A DNA stretch of 32,000 bases, taken from positions 661,374-693,373 of the forward strand of contig CP023991.1 of NCBI GenBank assembly GCA_003516025.1. The letters are read 5' to 3'. Below are positions 6,911 through 16,056 of the stretch, piece by piece. Position 1 is the stretch's first letter. The number at the start of each line of letters is the position of its first letter. The notes under the pieces are model-generated. The model saw only the letters and a program-made list of their open reading frames with translations, did no database searches and was not told the DNA's origin. The position numbers were made by a program, and so were the translations under genes. The stretch comes from Candidatus Saccharimonadota bacterium (GTDB lineage: Bacteria > Patescibacteriota > Saccharimonadia > Saccharimonadales > UBA4665).

Positions 6911-9280
6911 TTAAGCCAAGTCTGACGCGTCCAGGACCACATGGTCACCTGGACGCGTTTCATTTCTGAGGATACGCTGCGCGATAGAATCCTCGACGGC
7001 CCGTTGCAAGGCACGGCGCATAGGACGGGCACCGAGCCGGGGGTCGTAGCCAGCTTCTACTATCTTAGCCGTAGCGGCAGGGGTCAGTTCGACTGATATT
7101 TTCTGAGCAGCTAATGTCTTATTTATTTCCGCCATCATGAGTCCGACTACCTGAGACAGCTCTGCCGGCCCCAGCGGCGTAAAGATGACGATTTCATCGA
7201 AGCGGTTCAGTAGTTCCGGCCGGTACTGGCCGCTATGGATTAAGCTGTCCAAAAGTTCGGCGTGAATACTATCAAGTGCCACTTGCTGGTCAATACGTTG
7301 ACGAATGATGTCAGCGCCGGCGTTTGAAGTGGCAATTATAATACAGTCTTTGAATGATACGGCCCGGCCGGTGCTGTCCGTTAACTGGCCTTCGTCTAAA
7401 AGTTGCAGCAACAGATTCAGGATGTTAGGGTGTGCTTTCTCAATTTCATCAAGCAGGACAACCGAAAATGGCTGCTGCCGGACCGCCAGTATAAGGCTGC
7501 TTGAATCACCGGCTCCATTCGATAGCAGGCGCTGGACGTCATCAGGCTGCTGATATTCGCTCATATCCAGCCGTATCATGCTTGATTCATTATTGAAGTA
7601 AACCGCGGCTACAGCCTTGGCAAGCTCAGTCTTTCCTACTCCGGTCGGTCCTAGGAACAAAAAGCTTCCAATAGGGCGTTTGGGGTTGGCTACTCCAGCC
7701 CTGGCGCGGCGCAGAGCGTTAGCCACGACACCGACAGCCTGCGCCTGATTTATCATTCGTTCATGAATTTTGTCCTCAAGGGTCAGCAGCATGCTTGTTT
7801 CAGCTGGCGCTGCCAATCCGACTTTAACGCCGTAACTCTGTTCGATAGCATGTTGTACCGATTCTTTTGTCACGATGCCGTCATGTTGCGCGTATGACAA
7901 TGATTGTTCCAGCAGTTGAATGGCCCGCCCCGGGTAGGCCAGATCCTGCAGATATCGGCCGCTGAGGTTGTAGGCTTCACGTAGCGCTTCATACGTGACT
8001 AAGCACTTATGCCTGTGTTCCATACCGAGGGCAGTATCTTCCAAAATACGCATTACATCCTGCCGGGGCGGCTCCGCGAGCATCACGGGGCTCAACAGAC
8101 TGGCGAACGCCGGATTACTGGAGCGCAACTCCTGGTAATCATGCGGCGTCATAGCGAACACCATCTGTACGGCCCGCGACTGAGCGACGGGCAGCAATAT
8201 TTGCGTTACATCAAGCGAACCGTTACCGTTTCTGAAAAATAACTGGGCATCATCGAAAAATAAGATGATATGGCCGGCATGAGAGGCTTCCATAAGCAGA
8301 TTAGTCACAATCTGTTCCAGTTCGCCAGGCCCGCGGGCGCTCGACAGAATCGCCGATGGCGACAGGCTCACGATCTGGCGGTGTTCAAGATTACGGTCGT
8401 TTTTTTCTTCCAGCAGCAGCTGAGCCAGGGCATTAACATGGCTGGTCTTACCGACCCCGACGTCACCAATAAGAGCTACGGCACCGGCCCCCTGGGAAAA
8501 AGCATTTTTAGTAGCGGTGACGCCCGGTGAAGTCGTCAGCCAGCCATAATGCGCGCCACCTCGTTCGATCGCCAAACTAATATTGAGGCCAAAATGGTCA
8601 AGCCGCGGAGTAAAGCCGTTAGCCCAGTCGCGGCCAATGCCGCCAAAGTACGGTTTTTCGGTGGCTATTGCCTCAATGACGCGGTCAAGCCACACGGAGA
8701 GATCTGAAATATCGGTATTGTCCAAGGTCAAGTGAGTCAGGTAATCCTGTAACTGCGGTGAAGTCTGCAGTAAGGCCGCTGCGATGTGTCCCGGCTCCAC
8801 TAAAGGATTGCCGCCCTGTTCAGCCAGTCGTACAGCTGCTTCCCAGACCGCCGGCATATTATGCTCGTCGTCGCTGAGGAGATTGCCAACCAGCGTGCCG
8901 TCGAGGAGAAAGTGATTCGTGATAAACACGGGCTGCCAGTGTTTTCGAAGCGCTTGCCACACCCCTTGCGGGGTAAGCGGCGTGTTAGCTGGCAAGCGGG
9001 CAAGGGTTTCGCCGGACAATCGGCCGGTCAAGCCGTTACCGGCGGCTGGCAGTTCAGTAAGATCGTAACTATACCAGACCGCCGGCATAAAACAGGCAAG
9101 CGCGGCGGCTGCCAACAGGTATGGAATATGAGAGATGTCCAAAAGTACGGCCACCGGACAGGCTAATAAAAAGATGAGCGCCAAAACATATAACGTGTCG
9201 GCTCCACGCTTTCCAATTCGACGGGCGAGGCGGGCTTTTTGAGCCCGCAGCGAGCGCAGGTCAACAGTCTGATCATTCAT
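6911..9280 (-). CDS. Membrane-anchored two-ring AAA+ ATPase of the Clp/Hsp100 family (ClpA-like architecture)
   Basis: A basic N-terminus is followed by two TM helices (YVLALIFLLACPVAVLL, YLLAAAALACFMPAVW) and a Clp_N-like repeat (PGHIAAALLQ). D1 has Walker A GDVGVGKTS and Walker B IILFFDDAQ. D2 has Walker A GPTGVGKTELAKA, Walker B VVLLDEIEKAHP and ARPMRRALQ. The likely start is ATG 9280, which overlaps the upstream stop as ATGA. The ORF-track start at 9334 lies inside the upstream gene. Confidence 0.85.
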   Translation of the reverse strand: MNDQTVDLRSLRAQKARLARRIGKRGADTLYVLALIFLLACPVAVLLDISHIPYLLAAAALACFMPAVWYSYDLTELPAAGNGLTGRLSGETLARLPANTPLTPQGVWQALRKHWQPVFITNHFLLDGTLVGNLLSDDEHNMPAVWEAAVRLAEQGGNPLVEPGHIAAALLQTSPQLQDYLTHLTLDNTDISDLSVWLDRVIEAIATEKPYFGGIGRDWANGFTPRLDHFGLNISLAIERGGAHYGWLTTSPGVTATKNAFSQGAGAVALIGDVGVGKTSHVNALAQLLLEEKNDRNLEHRQIVSLSPSAILSSARGPGELEQIVTNLLMEASHAGHIILFFDDAQLFFRNGNGSLDVTQILLPVAQSRAVQMVFAMTPHDYQELRSSNPAFASLLSPVMLAEPPRQDVMRILEDTALGMEHRHKCLVTYEALREAYNLSGRYLQDLAYPGRAIQLLEQSLSYAQHDGIVTKESVQHAIEQSYGVKVGLAAPAETSMLLTLEDKIHERMINQAQAVGVVANALRRARAGVANPKRPIGSFLFLGPTGVGKTELAKAVAAVYFNNESSMIRLDMSEYQQPDDVQRLLSNGAGDSSSLILAVRQQPFSVVLLDEIEKAHPNILNLLLQLLDEGQLTDSTGRAVSFKDCIIIATSNAGADIIRQRIDQQVALDSIHAELLDSLIHSGQYRPELLNRFDEIVIFTPLGPAELSQVVGLMMAEINKTLAAQKISVELTPAATAKIVEAGYDPRLGARPMRRALQRAVEDSIAQRILRNETRPGDHVVLDASDLA
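6925..6960 (+). terminator. Hairpin with T-rich tail, likely terminator of the LPXTG gene, embedded in the 3' codons of the convergent AAA+ gene
   Basis: ACGCGTCCAGG (6925-6935) pairs with CCTGGACGCGT (6948-6958): an 11-bp stem and 12-nt loop, followed by TTTCATTTCT. Confidence 0.45.
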
Positions 9281-9645
9281 CCGATGACTCCTTTTATAAT
9301 GAACGCGATAATGGCTACGGGTAAGAGTGGCCAAAGTATAACAAAAATGAGCTGTAAAACTGAAGTCAGCAATACAATCAGACAGGCGGTAATCAGCACT
9401 AATACTCGCACTGTAAAGCCGATAACCCGGCTAACCATGTTATCGCCAACAGCGCGCAACTTAGCGTCAAGACCGGCACCCGGATAACTGATTATACGGC
9501 GCCACGGCGCCCACAGAGTTCGTAACAGAATGGGCAGCGAGAACAGGTGAGATACCCGTACGATACGTTTGCCGCCAAGAGTCAACATATGTCGCCAGCC
9601 TGGCCCGTACCACCAGGAGAGAAGCTGAAAAATTACCATAACCAC
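9277..9645 (-). CDS. Small membrane protein (122 aa), unknown function
   Basis: The N-terminus has LSWWYGPGW...LLRTLWAPWRRI. The C-terminal half is two long hydrophobic helices. It is translationally coupled (ATGA) to the AAA+ gene. Confidence 0.55.
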   Translation of the reverse strand: MVMVIFQLLSWWYGPGWRHMLTLGGKRIVRVSHLFSLPILLRTLWAPWRRIISYPGAGLDAKLRAVGDNMVSRVIGFTVRVLVLITACLIVLLTSVLQLIFVILWPLLPVAIIAFIIKGVIG

Positions 9646-9715
9646 ATTGTATCATTTTTACTACTTATAAAGTTACTATCCCATCGGAGATGCGGCTGTT
9701 ACAATACAGTAACGT

Positions 9716-11899
9716 ATGGCTGCCAAAACACCGCTTGATTATCAGACACTTTTCAATGTATTGCCTAACCCCTATATCGCCGTTCTGCCCGACGATCCGG
9801 TTTTTACTATCGTCGCCGAGAATGACGCGCATGCCAGCATCGCTAACATTACCGACTCTTCCTCGTCTATTGGCAAGCCGCTGTTTGAAGTATTTCCCGA
9901 TGTCTCCGAGCAGTATCAAACTACCGGCGTGAGCGAGCTCAAAGAGTCCTTCCGCCGGGTCATACGAACCGGTACACCGGATTCTATGCCAGTTTTGCGC
10001 TACGATATACCCGATGCTAACGGCGGCTTTTCTGAGCGCTTCTGGCGGCTGACCCATTACCCGGTATTCGACGCTACCGGCACCCTGCAGGCGATCTATC
10101 AGGCTACCAAAGATATAACCGATGAGACTGTTTCCAGCATAAAACTCAAACAAACGCAGCAGCAACTCGACGAAGCGCTTTCAAGTGGTCTTATCGGCAC
10201 CTGGCTCTGGGATGTACAGAAAGACATTGTCGTTGGCGACCGTTATATGGCAACTATGTACGGCGTATCTGAAGCCGACGCCGCAGCCGGTCTGCCGCTC
10301 ACCCGATTCGTGGAGTCCATTCATCCCGATGACAGGGCGCGCATCCAAAAAGAGATCACCAAAGCACTTAAATCGTCTGAGATCTTCGCCATGGAATACC
10401 GTACACTCCGCCCCGACAATTCGATACGATGGATTTTGGCCCGCGGCCGCATTGAACGCGACGCAACCGGTACGCCGGTGCAATTTCCGGGAGTACTCGT
10501 AGACGTTACTGACCGTAAAATTATTGAAGACAACCTCAGCTTTCTATCTAAAGCCAGCGTTGTCCTAGCCGAGTCGTTAAACTACAAAAAGACCATGCAA
10601 AATATCGCCGATTTGGCGGTGCCGCGCATCGCCGACTGGTGTACGGTCGACATACTGTCAGACGGTGGATTACAACAGGTAGCTTTGGCGCACAAAGACC
10701 CGCAAAAAGTCGATTGGGCAATTGAATTACGTAAACAGCAGGGAGAACCGGACCTATCGGGTCAGACCGGCCTAGCCAAGGTACTCAAGACCGGCAAACC
10801 GGAATTTTTTCCGGAAATCACCGAAGAATTGATTATAGCCAGCGCCAAGACAAAGAAGGAGCTTAAGCTGCTACAGGGTCTCGGTATGAGCTCAATAATC
10901 ATGGTGCCGTTACTTATCGATAAAAAACCGGCTGGCGCCATTACACTTATTTCAGCCGAACAAAAGCGCCATTATACGACAGCCGATCTGGAAATGGCCC
11001 AAGCCTTGGCTGGCCGGGCATCTATTGCCATCACCAACGCGAAATTGTATGACTCCGCGCAGCAAGAGCTAAAAAAGCGTAAAAAACTCGAAGACCAGCT
11101 GCGACTAGCCAATGAAGGGCTCGAGCGCCGCGTCGAAGAACGTACCGCTCAGCTCGAAGTAACCAACACCAACCTGGAACGCAGTAACCGCGAGTTACAG
11201 GACTTCGCCTACGTAGCTTCACATGATTTACAGGAACCGCTCCGTAAAATTCAGGCCTTTGGTAACCTGCTCGAAGAAGAATACGCCGACAAACTGGACG
11301 ACGGCCGAGACTACCTTGAACGGATGCGTGGAGCAGCCAAGCGTATGAGCGCTTTAATCGAGGATATACTGTCATTTTCGCGAGTAACTACTAAAGGCCG
11401 CGGCTTTTCACCGGTAGATCTCACTGTCATAGCACGGGAAGTACTCGAGGACCTGGAAACACGCATCAATGATACGAAAGCCACAGTTATTATCGACAAG
11501 TTGCCCACTATAGATGCCGATGCTATGCAAATACGACAACTCCTGCAAAACCTCATTTCAAATGCCCTCAAGTTCCACAAACCCGATGTGGCGCCCGTAG
11601 TAAAATTGAGCGCACGGACAGATATTTCACAGGGCCGCCGTAAAAAGACGTGTATCATAACCATAGAAGATAACGGTGTTGGTTTTGATGAAAAATACCT
11701 TGACCGCATCTTTGCGGTTTTCCAGCGCTTGCACACCCGTGATTCTTACGAAGGTACGGGTATCGGCCTGGCTGTGTGCCGAAAGATTGTTGAACGGCAC
11801 GGTGGTACAATAACAGCAAGTAGCCAACCGGGTAAGGGCGCTACTTTCGTAGTGAGCTTACCGATATACCATAAACCAGTAGTACACCAAGAACCTTAA
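9716..11899 (+). CDS. Cytoplasmic PAS-PAS-GAF sensor histidine kinase
   Basis: Two PAS-like modules (LFNVLPNPYIAV..., IGTWLWDV...IHPDD) and a GAF-like module (IADWCTVDIL...MSSIIMVPL). A coiled-coil follows, then H-box FAYVASHDLQEPLRKI, N-box ISNALKFH, G1 IEDNGVGFD and G2 GTGIGLAVC. Confidence 0.9.
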   Translation: MAAKTPLDYQTLFNVLPNPYIAVLPDDPVFTIVAENDAHASIANITDSSSSIGKPLFEVFPDVSEQYQTTGVSELKESFRRVIRTGTPDSMPVLRYDIPDANGGFSERFWRLTHYPVFDATGTLQAIYQATKDITDETVSSIKLKQTQQQLDEALSSGLIGTWLWDVQKDIVVGDRYMATMYGVSEADAAAGLPLTRFVESIHPDDRARIQKEITKALKSSEIFAMEYRTLRPDNSIRWILARGRIERDATGTPVQFPGVLVDVTDRKIIEDNLSFLSKASVVLAESLNYKKTMQNIADLAVPRIADWCTVDILSDGGLQQVALAHKDPQKVDWAIELRKQQGEPDLSGQTGLAKVLKTGKPEFFPEITEELIIASAKTKKELKLLQGLGMSSIIMVPLLIDKKPAGAITLISAEQKRHYTTADLEMAQALAGRASIAITNAKLYDSAQQELKKRKKLEDQLRLANEGLERRVEERTAQLEVTNTNLERSNRELQDFAYVASHDLQEPLRKIQAFGNLLEEEYADKLDDGRDYLERMRGAAKRMSALIEDILSFSRVTTKGRGFSPVDLTVIAREVLEDLETRINDTKATVIIDKLPTIDADAMQIRQLLQNLISNALKFHKPDVAPVVKLSARTDISQGRRKKTCIITIEDNGVGFDEKYLDRIFAVFQRLHTRDSYEGTGIGLAVCRKIVERHGGTITASSQPGKGATFVVSLPIYHKPVVHQEP

Positions 11900-11908
11900 G
11901 GAGACCTC

Positions 11909-12373
11909 ATGACCAACAAAACCGGCATTATTATATTGATGGCCGACGACGATGACGACGATTTTCTGCTAACCCAAAAAGCACTACAACAGAGCAAGCT
12001 ACTCAACACTTTGTGTCGCGTTAAAGACGGCGAGGAGCTGCTTGATTATCTGCGTCAGCAGGGCGATTTTAAAGATAATCAGCCGTGTGCGCGACCTGGC
12101 GTTATTCTGCTCGACCTCAATATGCCCCGAAAAGATGGCCGTGAAGCGTTGAAAGAGATCAAATCCGACCCAAAGCTCAAAGACATTCCTGTTGTCATAT
12201 TTACAACATCCAAAGCTGAGGAAGATATTTTTAAATCATACCAGCTTGGCGTCAACTCTTTTATAACCAAGCCGGTGACATTCGAAGGTTTAATCCAGGT
12301 TATGCAAACATTAGGAAAATACTGGTTTGAAATTGTCGAGCTGCCAGCTGGAGGCGACCGGACAAGTGAGTAA
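11909..12373 (+). CDS. Single-domain (CheY/Rcp1-like) response regulator
   Basis: AAGGAG RBS. ILMADDDDDD, ILLDLNMPRKDG and TTSKAEED..NSFITKP are present. There is no output domain. Confidence 0.9.
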   Translation: MTNKTGIIILMADDDDDDFLLTQKALQQSKLLNTLCRVKDGEELLDYLRQQGDFKDNQPCARPGVILLDLNMPRKDGREALKEIKSDPKLKDIPVVIFTTSKAEEDIFKSYQLGVNSFITKPVTFEGLIQVMQTLGKYWFEIVELPAGGDRTSE

Positions 12374-13523
12374 ACCAATACGCGTCCTACTGGTTGACGA
12401 TGACGAAGATGATTATTTAATCATCCGTAACTTCATACAAAAAATCCATGATTCACCGTTCACACTAGAATGGACGGCGGACGTCTCAGAAGCCGCTAAC
12501 ATTATTACTGCCGAAGATCATGATGTATACCTGATCGACTACCGGCTTGGTGAAGCCAATGGCCTGGAACTGCTTGGTCGTTTCGATCTCGTACAGCGAC
12601 CAGAGCCGTTTATCATTTTGACCGGTGCCGGAGACGAGCGTGTCGAGCGACGGGCAATGCGTATGGGCGTTGCCGATTACCTCGTGAAGGGAACACTTGA
12701 TTCAGAGTTACTGTCCCGCGTACTGCATTACGCCTTGCAACGAAAACGGATCGAAGCCCAGCGCGTCGAGCAGCTAATGGAGATTAACCGCTCTAAAGAT
12801 GAGTTCATAGCCCTCGCATCTCACCAGCTGCGTACGCCGGCGACTGCTGTTAAACAGTACGTTGGCATGATACTGGAAGGCTATGCTGGTGATATAACCC
12901 CTGAGCAGAAGCGTTTCCTACAAAGTGCCTACGATAGTAATGAACGCCAAATTCAAGTGGTTAATGACATCCTGCGGGTTGCTAAGCTTGATCTTAAAAA
13001 GATTGTACTCAAAAAACAGGACGTTAACATGTCTAAGCTGATTGAAAGTATCATTCACGACCTCATGTCGCATTTTAACAACCGCGACCAACACGTTCAG
13101 TTCGACAAGCCGGCTGAAGCCATTAGTGTTCCGGTCGATAGCGAATACATCCGCATGGCAATCGGTAATATTATAGATAACGCCAGTAAGTACACCCCGG
13201 AAGGCAAAAAAATCCATATTACCCTGCGTCAATCAAGCGCCAATAAGGTCGAGATAATCGTCGAAGACGAAGGGGTGGGGATTTCACCGGAAGGCATAAA
13301 TAAACTGTTTAAGAAATTTTCCCGAGTCGAAAACCCGCTGTCCGTTAAAGTCGGCGGTACCGGCCTTGGCCTATACTGGGCAAATGAAGTTATTGAACTG
13401 CATGGCGGACAAATCACCGTTTCGTCTGTAGTAGATGAGGGTACGACCTTTGTAATCTGCTTGCCAGCTGAATCGAGCCATGCTAACGCCACACAACAAA
13501 CAGCCGCCAGCCTGCAAGAGTAA
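12366..13523 (+). CDS. Hybrid receiver-histidine kinase (REC-HisKA-HATPase)
   Basis: Receiver motifs VLLVDDDEDD and YLIDYRLG. H-box ALASHQLRTPATAV, N-box IIDNASKYT, G1 VEDEGVGIS and G2 GTGLGLYWA. GTG 12366 (GGAGG at 12350-12354) is preferred over the ORF-track TTG at 12327. It overlaps the upstream stop by 8 nt. Confidence 0.88.
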   Translation: MSKPIRVLLVDDDEDDYLIIRNFIQKIHDSPFTLEWTADVSEAANIITAEDHDVYLIDYRLGEANGLELLGRFDLVQRPEPFIILTGAGDERVERRAMRMGVADYLVKGTLDSELLSRVLHYALQRKRIEAQRVEQLMEINRSKDEFIALASHQLRTPATAVKQYVGMILEGYAGDITPEQKRFLQSAYDSNERQIQVVNDILRVAKLDLKKIVLKKQDVNMSKLIESIIHDLMSHFNNRDQHVQFDKPAEAISVPVDSEYIRMAIGNIIDNASKYTPEGKKIHITLRQSSANKVEIIVEDEGVGISPEGINKLFKKFSRVENPLSVKVGGTGLGLYWANEVIELHGGQITVSSVVDEGTTFVICLPAESSHANATQQTAASLQE

Positions 13524-13774
13524 GCATAAGCTTTACTATTATACAATTCACTAGCATGTGTGCCAATCACGTTATATAATACAGTCAGCTGTATGAGTGC
13601 TGCTACAACGTTACAACCGTATTAGCATCTTACGCATAAGCTTTTATACTGATTTTCGGCATCCGGCACAAACTCCGGTCACTGTGCGCCATCATATTCG
13701 CTTCTAGTTTACGGGCATACTCATCTTCCACACCGCCTACCCGTTTCATATAAAATACAACATAATTACAGAGG

Positions 13775-14020
13775 GTGTTCTTTATTATGCAAATGAATCT
13801 TACAACCGTTAATGATAAATACTTTTGGGCTTTCGCGGTCGACAGGCAACCGCCAGCTAAACGTTACATTCCATCTACTAAACCAAAGCGCAACCTGCAT
13901 CGTTATTACATAACATCATGTTCCCAACAGGCAAAAGCATTTGGCGTTAAGGTAGGTATGAGCTACAGCGAGGCTAAATCACTGGTGCCCAACATGCGGG
14001 TTATCGTTTACAACCGATAG
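13775..14020 (+). pseudogene. N-terminal remnant of a Y-family (DinB/ImuB-like) DNA polymerase
   Basis: The 81-aa ORF segment YFWAFAVDRQPPAKRYIPS...RYYITSCSQQAKAFGVKVGMSYSEAKSLVPNMRVIV aligns by eye to E. coli DinB CFFAAVEMRDNPALRDIPI...[35 protein letters not shown]. It stops after about 75 homologous residues, 3 nt from the convergent ABC-F stop. The leading catalytic Asp position reads N (VND versus DMD). Confidence 0.4.
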
Positions 14021-14023
14021 ATC

Positions 14024-15700
14024 CTAGTCGTTAGCCGCGGAATCACTGCCAATCGCTATAGTAGCGCCTCCCATTTTCTGGGAGAAATAACTGTCATGGG
14101 AAATATATATGATGGCGCCGTGGTAGCCGGCCAAGGCATTTTCGAGTTCTTCGATACTCGGTAAATCCAAATGGTTTGTCGGCTCGTCTAAAATAAGCAG
14201 CAGGGGATCATTAGCCAACATGCGGATCAGCTGAAAACGTGCTTTTTGGCCGCCGCTCAGGCGGTGGATTGGCATATCGCCATCGGTGGCAGGATTGAAC
14301 AAATAGTCGCTTAGCATCTGTTTTACGCGTTGGCCGCTAACCGCCTGACCTTTTTCATGAAGAACCTGCTCCAAGCCCTCACTCAGGGTAAGCGGCAGGT
14401 AGTGCTCGGCAATTTCCTGCTCGTAATTTCCAATAGGCAGCTCACGCTCGACCGCTACAGAGCCCTTGAATTTTTGACTCGTCAGCGGTGACGCCGCTGC
14501 CTGCGCCAGTACGGCTTGGATTAACGTTGTCTTACCAGCACCATTGCGCCCATGAAGTCGTAACCGCTCGCCTTCGTGTAAGCCAAACGAGATATCGATG
14601 AATAGCGGCTTGCCGTCGTAACCCAGGCTCAGTTTTTCGACCTGGACCAATAACCGGCTGGTGCTCGACTCTTTCGACCGGGTCCGGACGCGTATTGTCC
14701 GGGCTTTATACTTATCGTACGAGCTGGTCATTTTTTCGTTCATTGAACTGACCGAGTCCTGGTCTATCCAAAAAGATGGTTTTTCCAGACGCTCTAGTTC
14801 AGCCAGTTCACCGCGGGCCCGCTGTTCCTGCGATTTAAAACGTTTTATTGTACCGGGATCCCGCGACCGTTCTTTTAAGCGCTGGAAGCGAATAACATCT
14901 TCCTCGAGATTACGGATCCGTTTCTGGGTAATATCATATTCATTTACCTGGGCTGTCACCTGATTAGTATTAGTACGCAGGTAATCATCGTAGTTACCGC
15001 GGAAGGCATAGGCCTTACCGTCGCGGATCTCAACTATTCGGGTAACGTATTTTAAAACATCCCGGTCGTGCGTGATAACAACCACTGCTTCCTGGGCTGA
15101 CTTCATCCAGTTGACGAATGCCTGCTTGGCCACATAATCCATATGGTTAGTCGGTTCATCAATAAGGGCAAGATGGCCGCGGGAACGCTGTACCTTAATA
15201 AGTTCGACCATCCGTTTCTGACCGCCACTCAGGTCACCGAGCGGGGTGTGTAACACTGTGGGGTCAATTTGATACGCTTCCAGGGCCTGGGCGATCTCAT
15301 CCTCAAGCTGATAATAACCCAGTGAGCTAAAACGCTCTAAAGCATCACTGTAGGCCTGCATTTTATGCGTACTACTTCCCATGGATGCGGGATAGGTATC
15401 CAAAATATGAGCCAGTTCTTTATACTCCGGCAGGTCACCTTGGATATATTCCAGTACGGTTTTGTGCTCGTGTCCGTGCAATTCCTGGCGGCTGGTAACC
15501 AAAATTGAACCACGCTTGAGCGTTATATCACCGTCATAATCCTTATCGTTGCCGGCAATGATGCCGAATAGAGTCGATTTGCCGGTTCCGTTACGGCCAA
15601 TCAGGCCCACTCTCTCGTTTTCTTCGATGTCAAAAGCCAGGTCCTGGTACAGGACCTTATCGCCAAAAGATTTATCATTAATACGTACGGATAACAGCAT
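14024..15700 (-). CDS. ABC-F family ATPase (two ABC domains, no TM domain; translation-factor type)
   Basis: Walker A GRNGTGKST and GRNGAGKTT. Signatures LSGGQKRM and LSGGQKARF. Walker B LALIDEPTNHMD and LLILDEPTNHLD. The inter-domain linker is charged. Confidence 0.92.
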   Translation of the reverse strand: MLLSVRINDKSFGDKVLYQDLAFDIEENERVGLIGRNGTGKSTLFGIIAGNDKDYDGDITLKRGSILVTSRQELHGHEHKTVLEYIQGDLPEYKELAHILDTYPASMGSSTHKMQAYSDALERFSSLGYYQLEDEIAQALEAYQIDPTVLHTPLGDLSGGQKRMVELIKVQRSRGHLALIDEPTNHMDYVAKQAFVNWMKSAQEAVVVITHDRDVLKYVTRIVEIRDGKAYAFRGNYDDYLRTNTNQVTAQVNEYDITQKRIRNLEEDVIRFQRLKERSRDPGTIKRFKSQEQRARGELAELERLEKPSFWIDQDSVSSMNEKMTSSYDKYKARTIRVRTRSKESSTSRLLVQVEKLSLGYDGKPLFIDISFGLHEGERLRLHGRNGAGKTTLIQAVLAQAAASPLTSQKFKGSVAVERELPIGNYEQEIAEHYLPLTLSEGLEQVLHEKGQAVSGQRVKQMLSDYLFNPATDGDMPIHRLSGGQKARFQLIRMLANDPLLLILDEPTNHLDLPSIEELENALAGYHGAIIYISHDSYFSQKMGGATIAIGSDSAAND

Positions 15701-15768
15701 AACAAAGGTTTATTATAGCGTACCTCTGTCAATAAGATACGATATTCATCCTTTTAGCTATCCGGTAA

Positions 15769-16056
15769 CTACTTTTTGGACCGCTTAGGAACCAGTTCAA
15801 ATGTCTTGTTTGCCTTAAGCAACTCCCGCACTAAGCGCTCGAGATCGGCGGATTCCGGTGTCTGCTGGAGCGCGGGCGACTGAGCAATCTGATCGATTTC
15901 AGTAGCAACCGTTTCCAGATAATCACCTGAGCGGATACGTGCGTGCAACGGCAAATCATAGCCGTCTTGCTGGTCACGAACATAACGGGGTAGTACCTTA
16001 TGAAAATGGTTCAACACCGTAACATGGCGTTTGATATTGTAAGTGCTCTTAATCAT
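15769..16056 (-). CDS. Hypothetical helical protein (about 95 aa) downstream of radC
   Basis: ORF 15769-16080. ATG 16056 (MIKSTYNIK) overlaps the radC stop by 8 nt, which suggests coupling. No motif was recognised. Confidence 0.45.
   Translation of the reverse strand: MIKSTYNIKRHVTVLNHFHKVLPRYVRDQQDGYDLPLHARIRSGDYLETVATEIDQIAQSPALQQTPESADLERLVRELLKANKTFELVPKRSKK

Noticed and set aside
9665-10165. 166-aa minus-strand ORF overlapping the 5' part of the PAS-GAF kinase gene
   Set aside because: It is fully antisense to a CDS with clear domain motifs. It has no recognisable motifs and no RBS, so it is a shadow ORF.
13630-13749. 39-aa minus-strand ORF (MKRVGGVEDEYARKLEANMM...) in the spacer upstream of the polymerase stub
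   Set aside because: It has no RBS, no recognisable motif and no terminator. It is indistinguishable from chance at this length.
15701-15768. Perfect TTGACA and TATAAT hexamers upstream of the ABC-F gene
   Set aside because: The two hexamers are only 9 nt apart, which is incompatible with a sigma70 promoter, so I did not call one.
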